Of a stretch of 64,000 nt of DNA, positions 28,928 to 37,663 are shown piece after piece. A program made the position numbers and the translations under genes. Numbering within the stretch: the stretch's first letter is position 1; every line of letters begins with the position of its first letter. The notes under the pieces were generated by a model. The model made no database searches and was not told the DNA's origin. It worked only from the letters and a program-made list of their open reading frames with translations. The stretch covers positions 576,001-640,000 of the forward strand of contig CAWGHO010000001.1 in assembly GCA_963822445.1 (NCBI GenBank), read 5' to 3'. Origin of the DNA: an uncultured Acidobacteriota bacterium (lineage in GTDB: Bacteria > Acidobacteriota > Thermoanaerobaculia > Gp7-AA8).

Positions 28928-29971
28928 CTACGCCTGTGTCAGCAACGCGAACCCGATCATCTTGTAGAGCAGCCGCGCGCCGACGTTCGCGTCCCACTCC
29001 GTCTCGCCCGGCGACACTTCGCAGAGATCGAGGCCGACGATCCGCTTGCGCGAGCGCTTCACCGCGCGCAGCAGCGCGATGGCCTCGTTCCACGACAGAC
29101 CGCCCGGCACCGGCGTGCCCGTGCCGGGGCACAGCGTCGGATCGAGACCGTCGATGTCCCACGACAGATAGATGTCGTATGGCAGCGCGGAGACGATGTC
29201 GTCGGCGATCTTCGCGAAGGCGATCCCGTCGTCTTTGCGCCGGGAGATGTCGGCGTCGAAGAAGGTCACGATCTGTCCTTCGAACGACTCGATCATCCGC
29301 CGCTCGCTCTCGCCGAGATCGCGAACGCCGACCTGCACCAGCCGCCCGACATTGGGGATCTTCGTCATCACGTTGTTGAAGATCGAGGCGTGCGACCAGG
29401 TGAAGCCCTCGTACGCATCGCGCAGATCGGCGTGCGCGTCGAGATGAAGGATGCCCAGGTCGGGATAGGTCTCGGCGTACGCGCGGATCGCGCCGAAGGG
29501 CACGGCGTGGTCGCCGCCGAGGATCACCGGCATCTTGCCGGCGTCGAGAAGCTCGCGGGTCTGTTCGTACACCCACTCGTTGAGCTGATCGCCGTACGCG
29601 TTCACACGATCGGCAGCCTCGCGGGTTTTCTTGTCAACCGGCCCGCCCTTCTCGATGACCGTCGCCGCGAGCGCCTTCGCTTCGCGGTTCCAGCGCGCGA
29701 CATTCCGCGGGATGGGCAGCATGGCGATTCCGCTCGCGTACGGCTTGCCCGTTTCGTGATCGAACAGATCGACCTGACGCGAGGCTTCGAGCACCGCCGC
29801 GGGACCTTTCGACGTTCCGCCGCCGTAAGAGGTCGTGGCCTCGAACGGCACCGGCACGATCACGACCTTCGAATCCTCGGGCGCGAACGGCAGGCCGTAG
29901 ATGCCGGAGCCTTCGATCGCCGGCGCGTCGGGATCGAAGTTCTTGGGCAGGATCTTTTTCGCTTTCGCCAC
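28928..29971 (-). CDS. speB: Agmatinase (ureohydrolase family)
   Basis: GGDHA, DAHADL, DIDGLDP, PGTGTP. Confidence 0.85.
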   Translation of the reverse strand: MAKAKKILPKNFDPDAPAIEGSGIYGLPFAPEDSKVVIVPVPFEATTSYGGGTSKGPAAVLEASRQVDLFDHETGKPYASGIAMLPIPRNVARWNREAKALAATVIEKGGPVDKKTREAADRVNAYGDQLNEWVYEQTRELLDAGKMPVILGGDHAVPFGAIRAYAETYPDLGILHLDAHADLRDAYEGFTWSHASIFNNVMTKIPNVGRLVQVGVRDLGESERRMIESFEGQIVTFFDADISRRKDDGIAFAKIADDIVSALPYDIYLSWDIDGLDPTLCPGTGTPVPGGLSWNEAIALLRAVKRSRKRIVGLDLCEVSPGETEWDANVGARLLYKMIGFALLTQA

Positions 29972-30264
29972 TAATCGAGATCGAACGGATTCACGTGCTT
30001 CTCCGTCGACTTCTCCGCGCGCTGCATCGCTTCCTTGAATTTCTCTTCCAGAATTCTGGAGCGATCCTTCTGGCTCTCGAGCTGCCGCTCGAAGCGCTTC
30101 TCCGCCTCGGTGCGCTGCGTCTCGAGGCCGGCAACCATCGATTCGAGCGAGCCGCCCGGGCCGCGATGCTCCTTCGCCTTGTGCAGCAGGATCTCGCCGG
30201 TCAACCGGTCGACGACGATCGTCGCCTCGCAGCAGGGACAGAGGATCTCGAAGTTCTTGGCCAT
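29971..30264 (-). CDS. Small hypothetical protein (CPCC N-terminus, coiled coil)
   Basis: Stop overlaps agmatinase start; host-like codon usage. Confidence 0.75.
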   Translation of the reverse strand: MAKNFEILCPCCEATIVVDRLTGEILLHKAKEHRGPGGSLESMVAGLETQRTEAEKRFERQLESQKDRSRILEEKFKEAMQRAEKSTEKHVNPFDLD

Positions 30265-30276
30265 GGCTGGGCGATT

Positions 30277-31398
30277 CTAACGCGCGAGGGCGTTCTGCAG
30301 ATCGTCGATCAGGTCCTGCGGATGCTCGAGCCCGACCGAAACGCGAAGCAGATTCTGGGCGGTGCGGCTTCCCGGTCCTTCGCTGGAGTTGCGATGCTCG
30401 ATCAGACTCTCCACCCCGCCCAGGGACGTGGCCCGTACGAAAAGCCGCATCTTCGCGGTCACCGCCAGCGCCTCTTCCCGTCCACCGCGCACGAGAAACG
30501 ACAGCATTCCGCCGAATGCGGACATCTGTCGTTTCGCCACGTCATGCCGCTGATGCGTTTCCAGTCCCGGGTAGAACACCATTTCGACGCGAGGGTGCGT
30601 CGTCAGAAAACGCGCAACGAGCATCGCGTTCTCGCTCTGCACGCGCATGCGTGCGGACAGCGTGCGAAGCCCGCGCAGGACCAGCCAGGCATTGAACGGT
30701 GAAGCAACGCCGCCGACGAGCTTGCGCACATGCTCGATCCTGTCGAACAGCTCATCACGCGTGCGAAAAGTGAGCGATCCGCCCTGCACGTCGCTGTGGC
30801 CGCCCATGTATTTCGTCGTCGAGTGCAGCACCAGATCTGCGCCGAGCTCGATCGGCCGCTGCAACGCCGGCGTGGCGAAGGTGCCGTCGGCAAGAAACAG
30901 CGCGCCGCGCGAATGGGCGAGCTCCGCGAGCGCCGCGAGATCGACGACTTTCATCAGAGGATTCGATGGCGACTCCGCCCACACGATCCGCGTCCCGCTT
31001 CGCATCGCCTTCCGCACCGCATCGATGTCTTCCATCGCCACGGCATCCCAGGTCAATCCCCACTGGCTGAAGAAATCCTCGGCCAGAACGCGATAGCCGT
31101 AGTAGGCATCGTCCGGCAGAAGGACGTGTGATCCGCGCGGCAGCGACTGCAGCACCGCCGCACCGGCGGCCATGCCCGAGGCGAAGAAGAGGGCGGCGGC
31201 GCCGGAATCGATGTCCGCCAAGGCCTCCTCCAGGCGATTCTGGGTGGGATTGCCATCGCGCACGTAACTGAAGCCATGCGACGGCTCCCCTTCCGCCGTT
31301 CGCTCGAAAGTCGTGGAAAGATGGATGGGCGGCGCGATCGCACCAGTCTCCGCATCCGGTCTGTTCCCGCTGTGGACCAGTTTCGTGTTGATATGCAT
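30277..31398 (-). CDS. Cystathionine gamma-synthase/lyase family PLP enzyme
   Basis: YVRDGNPT, FASGMAA, ESPSNP, HSTTKYMGGHSD, SLGGVESL. Confidence 0.93.
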   Translation of the reverse strand: MHINTKLVHSGNRPDAETGAIAPPIHLSTTFERTAEGEPSHGFSYVRDGNPTQNRLEEALADIDSGAAALFFASGMAAGAAVLQSLPRGSHVLLPDDAYYGYRVLAEDFFSQWGLTWDAVAMEDIDAVRKAMRSGTRIVWAESPSNPLMKVVDLAALAELAHSRGALFLADGTFATPALQRPIELGADLVLHSTTKYMGGHSDVQGGSLTFRTRDELFDRIEHVRKLVGGVASPFNAWLVLRGLRTLSARMRVQSENAMLVARFLTTHPRVEMVFYPGLETHQRHDVAKRQMSAFGGMLSFLVRGGREEALAVTAKMRLFVRATSLGGVESLIEHRNSSEGPGSRTAQNLLRVSVGLEHPQDLIDDLQNALAR

Positions 31399-31424
31399 CA
31401 CCGCAATCTACCAGCGGTGGAGTC

Positions 31425-31440
31425 TGGCAAGAGTCTCGCT
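31425..31440 (+). promoter_or_regulatory. Possible sigma-54 promoter
   Basis: TGGCAAGAGTCTCGCT with GG-N10-GC spacing, 25 nt before the ATG. Confidence 0.4.
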
Positions 31441-31465
31441 GTTGAGCTGCATCGGGGGCGATGTA

Positions 31466-33127
31466 ATGGCCCATGGAAGACAGGCGTTCATTCTCACGCT
31501 CGACGACGACGAAGCCGTCGGAGCGTTCGTAAAGGCCGCGCTCCCCGGCACGCGCTTCCGGACGACATGGAGCGGCGACGTCGCCGGCGCCATCAGCGTG
31601 GTCGAGAATGAGCCACCGGATCTCGCGATCATCGACATCGACCTGAACGCGGGCGGCACCGGCTGGGAGCTCCTGCGATTCCTGCGCACGAATCCCGACA
31701 CCGCGAACGTTCCCGTGGTCATGCTGACCGGCGCGTCGGACACGCTCAATCGCGAGCGCTCCCTGCGCCTGGGCGCCGACCGCTATCTGATCAAGCCCGT
31801 TCGGCCCGAAACGCTCCGCCGCGTCCTCGACGAGATGCTGTCGATCCGCGACGACATGTGGTGGACGATGACCCTGAACACCGATCAGGTGTCGCGGATG
31901 CGCGATCTCTTCGTCGACCCGACCACGGACGTCGCCACGCTCGCCGTGGTGGTCGACGATCTCCGCAAGCTGATCGAGAGCGGTGAAACGCTGCAGGTGT
32001 TCTGCATCGAGATCGAGCCGCTGTTCCGCATCGGCGAGCGCAATCTGTGGGAGTCGTTCGACATCCTCCGCCGCGAGTTCGTCCGCGGCCTGCACGTGAT
32101 GATCGGCCCGATCCTCGGCAACGACGTGATCATCGCCACCAGCCATTCCGGCGCGAATGATTTCTACTGCTTCGTCCGCGAGCAGCGCTTCGCGAATCTC
32201 ACCCAGATCTCCCGGGACCTCGAGCGCGTGGCCCGAAGCTCACTGAAAGCATTGCCAGTGGATTCGTCGCTCGCCGAGGAAGTGGTGGTGTTTGCAGGGG
32301 CTTCGGTTACGCAGCGACAGCCGATCTTCGCGCCGCGCATCCTCTACAACGCCGTTCGCGAGGCGAAGGACACCGCCGAACGCCGCGAGACGCGCTACTA
32401 CGCCGCGATGCGCGAGCGTCTGGTTCGTGTGATTCAGGAGAAAGCGATCACCACGCTCTTTCAGCCCGTAGTGAATCTCGAGACCCGCGCGATCGTCGGA
32501 TATGAGGCTCTCTCCCGCGGACCCGCCGGAACGGAGCTGGAGAATCCGGAAGTGCTGTTCGAGCTGGCCCGCGACTTCGATCTGGTGTGGGAGCTGGAAG
32601 CGCTGTGCATCCAGAACGTGCTGCCCTGGCTGGACGACGTCTGCTCGCGCGGCTTCCTCTTCTTCAATCTCGAGTCCCAGTTCATTCAACAGCTCCAGCA
32701 GCGCGGCACGGACGTCTTCGATCCGTTCTTCCGCTGCAACCGGCAGATCGTGATCGAGGTGACGGAGCGCAGCGCGATCCGCGACTACCGGACATTCCGC
32801 CACACGCTGCACAACCTCAAGACGATGGGATTCAGGATCGCCATCGACGACTGCGGCTCGGGATACGCAACGCTGGAAGCAGTGGCCGAGCTGCGGCCCG
32901 ATTACCTGAAGGTGGGCCACTCGCTGTTTCACGGCGTCGAAAACGATCCGATCCGCCGGCGGCTAGTGGAGCTGGTCGCACGCTGCGCGGATACGATCGG
33001 CGCGCGCACGATCGCCGAGGCGATCGAGAGCGAGGAGCAACTCCGCGTCTGCCGCGAGCTGGGGATCACCGAGGGGCAGGGGTTCCTGCTCGCGCGGCCC
33101 GCGCCGTGGGGCGAGCTGGTGGCGTAG
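31466..33127 (+). CDS. REC - degenerate GGDEF - EAL c-di-GMP phosphodiesterase
   Basis: Receiver DDD/IIDIDL/KP; SGANDF at the GGDEF position; YEALSR, IEVTE, DDCGSGY, QGFLLARP. Confidence 0.88.
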   Translation: MAHGRQAFILTLDDDEAVGAFVKAALPGTRFRTTWSGDVAGAISVVENEPPDLAIIDIDLNAGGTGWELLRFLRTNPDTANVPVVMLTGASDTLNRERSLRLGADRYLIKPVRPETLRRVLDEMLSIRDDMWWTMTLNTDQVSRMRDLFVDPTTDVATLAVVVDDLRKLIESGETLQVFCIEIEPLFRIGERNLWESFDILRREFVRGLHVMIGPILGNDVIIATSHSGANDFYCFVREQRFANLTQISRDLERVARSSLKALPVDSSLAEEVVVFAGASVTQRQPIFAPRILYNAVREAKDTAERRETRYYAAMRERLVRVIQEKAITTLFQPVVNLETRAIVGYEALSRGPAGTELENPEVLFELARDFDLVWELEALCIQNVLPWLDDVCSRGFLFFNLESQFIQQLQQRGTDVFDPFFRCNRQIVIEVTERSAIRDYRTFRHTLHNLKTMGFRIAIDDCGSGYATLEAVAELRPDYLKVGHSLFHGVENDPIRRRLVELVARCADTIGARTIAEAIESEEQLRVCRELGITEGQGFLLARPAPWGELVA

Positions 33128-33274
33128 GCACGAGCAACCGGGAGGCCTCCGGCGGGGCGGCCACGGGCCGCAGCGCTGGTTGTGCCTTCTGCCGTACTCG
33201 CGGTAGCTGGCGCGGATCGCGTTCACGCCAACATTAGCGCTGCCGGCCCGTGGCCGGCCCGCCTATAGCTTGTC

Positions 33275-33520
33275 CGGCCGTCTCTCCGCTTCTCCCTCAG
33301 CCCTCAGAGAAGTACCCGTTGGGTGGCAATCGGGAGAATCGGGTTCAGGCGGCGCGATACTGAGAAGAAGGGTTCGTCCCGCTACGAATTCCGCCCGTGT
33401 TCGGATCGACGAATCCCTCCGGACTTTCGAGCGGGACGAAGTGCTTTGGCCCGAAACGCATTCTCAGATGCTGTCGGAGCACGACTCGACTATAGGCCTT
33501 GCGCGCGGCCAAAGCCAACC
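33275..33520 (+). ncRNA. Predicted IS110 bridge RNA (5' stem, target-binding loop, donor-binding loop); ends approximate
   Basis: Stems TTCGTCCCGCT/AGCGGGACGAA (33373-33440) and GCTTTGGCC/GGCCAAAGC (33443-33515) enclose guides matching the target and the donor junction. Confidence 0.8.
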
Positions 33521-33535
33521 CGAAGGGAGGGTGTG

Positions 33536-34780
33536 ATGAGCGAGTTCGAGTTTGGGGCGTTGGTGGGACTGGATTGGGGTGACACATCGCACGAGGTGGC
33601 TCTTTGGGACGAGCAGCAGCAGACGTGCACGAACGAGCGCATCGAGCACACGCCTGCGGCTCTGCGCGCATGGATCGAAGCGCTGCAGGCGCGCTTCGGC
33701 GGGGCACCGATCGCCGTGGCCATCGAGCAGTCCCGCGGCGCGGTCTTCGACGCGCTCAGCGGCTATCCGTTCGTCACGTTGTATCCGATCAACCCACGCA
33801 GTGCAGCCCGGTATCGTGAGGCGTTTCATCCGAGCCTTTCGAAAGACGATCCGACCGACGCGGCGTCCTTGCTCGACCTGCTCCGTAAGCACCGCAACGA
33901 GCTGCGCCCGTTCATCGCCGACGACGCTTCTACGCGGCTGCTGCGGCTTCTGACCGAGGATCGGCGGGAGCTCGTCGATCAGAGGACGCAACACGTCCAA
34001 CGCATGACCGATCGGCTCAAGACGTACTACCCGCAGGCGCTCCGGTGGGCCGGCGCGTTGATTACGGCCCAGGCCTGTGACTTCCTCGAACGCTGGCCGA
34101 CGCTCGAGGCCATCCAAAGGGCTCGGCCGTCCGCGATACGGAGGTTCTATGCGGGTCATCATCACGCGGCCGCGTGGATCGACCAGAGGCTCGCCGAGAT
34201 CCGTTCAGAGGTCGCGTTCCACGACGACCAGGTCACCACTGACGCTGCCGTGCTGCTGATCGGAAGCGAGGTTGCGCAGATCCGGGCCCTCAACACGAGC
34301 ATCGCCACGTACGACCAGAAGATCTCGGCGGCGTTCGCCGCCCACCAGGACGCGTCGATCTTCGCGAGCTTCCCTGGCGCCGGCCAACAGCTCGCGCCGC
34401 GGCTCGCCGCCGCCTTCGGGACCGATCGCAAGCGCTTCGGCAGCGCCGTCAACGTCGCCACCCGAAGCGGCATCGCCCCGGTTCTCCGCCGGAGCGGCAA
34501 AACGGCGGTCGTGCACATGCGCTGGGCCTGTCCGAAGTTCCTGCGTCAGACGTTCCATGAGTACGCCCGCGTGTCGATCGGTCAGTCCGAATGGGCTCGA
34601 GCCTTCTACAAGCAGCAACGCGCGCGCGGACACAGCCACCACGAGGCTATCCGCACGCTCGCTTACCGCTGGATCCGCGTCCTTTACGCCTGCTGGAACA
34701 ATCGCACCGTCTACGACGAAGCTCTCTATCTGCGGCAGCTCGCCACCCGAGGCTCAACCCTCGCCACAGCTGCTCCCTGA
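33536..34780 (+). CDS. IS110 family DEDD recombinase/transposase
   Basis: GGAGG RBS; GLDWG, AIEQ, KDDPTDA (DEDD); FPGAG, GIAP..RSG catalytic Ser. Confidence 0.95.
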   Translation: MSEFEFGALVGLDWGDTSHEVALWDEQQQTCTNERIEHTPAALRAWIEALQARFGGAPIAVAIEQSRGAVFDALSGYPFVTLYPINPRSAARYREAFHPSLSKDDPTDAASLLDLLRKHRNELRPFIADDASTRLLRLLTEDRRELVDQRTQHVQRMTDRLKTYYPQALRWAGALITAQACDFLERWPTLEAIQRARPSAIRRFYAGHHHAAAWIDQRLAEIRSEVAFHDDQVTTDAAVLLIGSEVAQIRALNTSIATYDQKISAAFAAHQDASIFASFPGAGQQLAPRLAAAFGTDRKRFGSAVNVATRSGIAPVLRRSGKTAVVHMRWACPKFLRQTFHEYARVSIGQSEWARAFYKQQRARGHSHHEAIRTLAYRWIRVLYACWNNRTVYDEALYLRQLATRGSTLATAAP

Positions 34781-34781
34781 C

Positions 34782-34787
34782 TTGACA
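34782..34787 (+). promoter_or_regulatory. -35 box (TTGACA) of the circular-junction promoter
   Basis: Lies 17 nt from TATAGC (33264) once the ends are joined through one CC. Confidence 0.75.
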
Positions 34788-34851
34788 GGAAGGCTCAGAT
34801 GTCCGGAGGCCTCCCGGTCGGTCGTGTCATCGCTACAATACGACCACACCG

Positions 34852-36837
34852 ATGACATCGACCGTCCGGAAGGCCCTCGTCCGCGCGGGCCAGATTGTGT
34901 TGACCTTCGCCGTCTTCGCGTTCTTCAACGCCATCGCCTTCCACTTCGAGATCGAAAACGGCGTCTCGATTCTTTTCCCCGCCACGGCCATCTCCATCAT
35001 CGCCTGCATGTGGCTCGGCGTCTGGGGAGCCATCGGCGTCATCCTCGGCACCATCGTCACGCCGTGGGGTGCGGTCACCGCGTCGCAGCTCGTGATCAGC
35101 GGCGTGTTGGCGGCGCTCGAAGGGCTCATCCCCTACTACGTCTTTCGATTCCGGCGCGATCTCACGGAAGACCTGCGGGACATGAAGTCGCTGGTCGCGT
35201 TCCTGCTGTTCGGAACGATCATCAACAGCGCCATCAGCGCCATCCTCGGCAATCTGCTCGTCATTCCTCATCCGCCCGGCGAGACGATCGTGTGGCGGCA
35301 GGTGTTCGTCTGGTGGATCGCCGACTTCACCGCGGCGCTGCTCATCGCCACGCCGATTCTCGCGTTCGGCGGGACGCTCTTCCGCCGCGTCCGAGACCAC
35401 GACGAGCGCCCGCGCACGATCGGCAACGCGCTGCAGATCGTCACGGTCATCATCCTTCTCGGATTCGCGGCGTCCTTCGCCATCCGTACCTATCTCCTGA
35501 ACCGTCTCGAACAGGAGCGTCTCGATCAGCAGCAGATGTGGATCGGCGCGCAGGAAACGCTGAACCGGATGCACAGCAACTTCTTGCGCGCGGCCTTCAT
35601 CGATCCCGACGATCCCGGCGCGGAGGCGAAGCTCGACGCCGCGCGGCGCACGAACGAGGAGTTCATCCGCTCGATTCAGGACGCGACCGCCGGCGCATCC
35701 GATGAGCTGAAGCGCGAGCTCCCGCTGGTCGGCGCGGCCACGGCGCGGTGGTTCGCGACGGCGAAGTTGCGAGCCGACGGCGGGGAGGCCCATCAGACCG
35801 GCCGGCGCATCCTCGGCATCCGCGGAATGATGGATCGCGCCAACGCCCGGGCCTGGGAGAAGTTCACGGTCACGCGGCAAAAGATCATGTTCGTCGCGGC
35901 CGTCGTCGACGCGATCGTCTTCTCGATCCTGCTCCTGGCCACGACCACGCTCCTGTACACGATCTCCCGGCCGTTCGCGCAGTTGCGGGCGGGAATCCGG
36001 TCGATTCGCGAGGGAGATCCCTTCGATGCCACGCGAGTCGACTCGCGCTACCTCGAATTCCGATCCATCGCCGCGACGCTGGAGGAAACGGCGGCCGAGT
36101 TACGCCGCCGCGAGGAAGAGTTGCGCTTGCAGACGGAGAAAGCCATCCGCGCCTCGCGTCACAAGAGCGAGTTCCTGGCGAAGATGTCCCACGAGCTCCG
36201 CACGCCCCTCAATTCGATCATCGGCTTTTCCGACCTCCTCGCCGAACAGGAGACGACCATCTCCACGGAGAAGCGCCTGGCCTTTCTCGACAACGTGGCC
36301 AACAGCGCCCGGCATCTGCTGAAGCTGATCAACGACCTGCTCGACATCGCCAAGGTCGAATCGGGAAAGATGAAGCTGCATCTCGAGAACGTCGACCTGC
36401 GCATGAGCATCGCCAGCACCGTGGCCTCGACGCAGCCGCTGTTCGAGCGCAAACGGCAGGAAGTGGAGATCCGCACGCCGGATACGCCGATGATCGCCCA
36501 CGCCGACGCGGGGCGGATCGAGCAGGTCCTGCTCAACCTCCTGTCGAACGCAAACAAGTTCACGCCCGAAGGGGAGAAGATCGTCGTCAGCGGCGGCGCG
36601 GAAGCGGCCATGTGGCGGATCGAAGTCGCCGACCGCGGCATCGGCATCAGTCGCGACGATCAGGACCGCATCTTCGACGAGTTCGAGCAGGTCCAGTCCT
36701 CCGCCACCCACTCCACCGGCACCGGCCTCGGCCTGGCCCTGGCCCGTCGATTCGTCGAAGCGCACGGGGGGACGATTCAGGTGGAGAGCGCCCTCGGCGC
36801 GGGGGCGAGGTTCAGCGTGCTTTTGCCTCGCGCCTGA
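34852..36837 (+). CDS. MASE1-type membrane sensor histidine kinase
   Basis: TM N-terminus with WWIAD; MSHELRTPL, NLLSNANKF, DRGIGI, GTGLGL. Confidence 0.92.
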   Translation: MTSTVRKALVRAGQIVLTFAVFAFFNAIAFHFEIENGVSILFPATAISIIACMWLGVWGAIGVILGTIVTPWGAVTASQLVISGVLAALEGLIPYYVFRFRRDLTEDLRDMKSLVAFLLFGTIINSAISAILGNLLVIPHPPGETIVWRQVFVWWIADFTAALLIATPILAFGGTLFRRVRDHDERPRTIGNALQIVTVIILLGFAASFAIRTYLLNRLEQERLDQQQMWIGAQETLNRMHSNFLRAAFIDPDDPGAEAKLDAARRTNEEFIRSIQDATAGASDELKRELPLVGAATARWFATAKLRADGGEAHQTGRRILGIRGMMDRANARAWEKFTVTRQKIMFVAAVVDAIVFSILLLATTTLLYTISRPFAQLRAGIRSIREGDPFDATRVDSRYLEFRSIAATLEETAAELRRREEELRLQTEKAIRASRHKSEFLAKMSHELRTPLNSIIGFSDLLAEQETTISTEKRLAFLDNVANSARHLLKLINDLLDIAKVESGKMKLHLENVDLRMSIASTVASTQPLFERKRQEVEIRTPDTPMIAHADAGRIEQVLLNLLSNANKFTPEGEKIVVSGGAEAAMWRIEVADRGIGISRDDQDRIFDEFEQVQSSATHSTGTGLGLALARRFVEAHGGTIQVESALGAGARFSVLLPRA

Positions 36838-36843
36838 CGGCAC

Positions 36844-36925
36844 GGATTGAGGATTGAGAATTGAGGATTGAGGATTGGTGTCCTGCCAGATTTCTCCTCA
36901 ATCCTCAATCCTCAATCCTCAATCC
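36844..36925. repeat. Inverted (GATTGAG)n / (CTCAATC)n heptamer arrays
   Basis: Direct reading; can form a long hairpin downstream of the kinase. Confidence 0.85.
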
Positions 36926-36949
36926 GCGACGTGGTAACGTCGCGCTCCG

Positions 36950-37621
36950 ATGCTCCACCTAGGCTCGATCCGCGGCACATCCATCGACGTCGACTTCAGC
37001 TTTTTCATCCTGATCCTTCTTTTCGTCGCGTTGAACTACGACGCGCAGAAGGGGATTCAGTACGCGTTGCTCTGGATTCCGGTCATTTTCATCAGCGTGC
37101 TCATTCATGAGCTCGCGCATGCGGCGACGATTGGCATCTTCGGCTTCGGCTCGAGCCAGATCATCCTCGGCGGGATGGGCGGCGTGACTATCAACTCCCG
37201 CCAGGCCAGGCCGTGGCAGGACATGCTCATCAGCGTGGCAGGGCCATTTTCAAGCTTCGCCCTCGGCTTCCTCGTCCTGGGAATCATCATCAAGGTCCCG
37301 CAGCACGCGAACGATCCGATGCTCAAGGCGCTTTTACCAGTGCTGTTCGAGGTAAACATCCTCTGGGGCCTGTTCAACCTCATCCCCACACCCCCCCTCG
37401 ACGGCGGCCACGCCACGCGCGACTTCTTCCGGATGTTCCTCAGCGAACGGACGGCTTTCATCGTCGCCACCTGGATCGCCATCATCGTCGGCGGGGCCAT
37501 CGCCATCTGGTTCTTCGTGAGCAGAAAGCAGTTCTTCATCGCCTTCTACATCGCCTGGTTCGTCTTCATGGCCTTCCAGCGCTGGCAGGATTTCCAGAAA
37601 TACGGCACACCGCAGGACTGA
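36950..37621 (+). CDS. Site-2 protease (M50) family
   Basis: HELAH, AGP, FNLIPTPPLDGG. Confidence 0.92.
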   Translation: MLHLGSIRGTSIDVDFSFFILILLFVALNYDAQKGIQYALLWIPVIFISVLIHELAHAATIGIFGFGSSQIILGGMGGVTINSRQARPWQDMLISVAGPFSSFALGFLVLGIIIKVPQHANDPMLKALLPVLFEVNILWGLFNLIPTPPLDGGHATRDFFRMFLSERTAFIVATWIAIIVGGAIAIWFFVSRKQFFIAFYIAWFVFMAFQRWQDFQKYGTPQD

Positions 37622-37663
37622 CGGACTTCCCTACCGGCTACAATTCGCCGAGCCGCTCTCGTC

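Larger units (their letters stand above)
33262..34804 (+). mobile_element. IS110-family insertion sequence with CC core at both ends
   Basis: Removing the element at the duplicated CC restores the REP palindrome; no terminal IRs; DEDD recombinase inside. Confidence 0.92.
33129..34826. repeat. Long palindromic REP-like element split by the IS110
   Basis: Left arm CACGAGCAACCGGGAGGCCTCCGGCGGGGCGGCCACGGGCCGCAGCGCT (33129-33177) pairs with 33236-33263 joined to 34805-34826. Confidence 0.88.

Noticed and set aside
33323-33535. N-terminal extension of the transposase ORF
   Set aside because: Overlaps the structured non-coding end; RBS and the DEDD domain support a start at 33536
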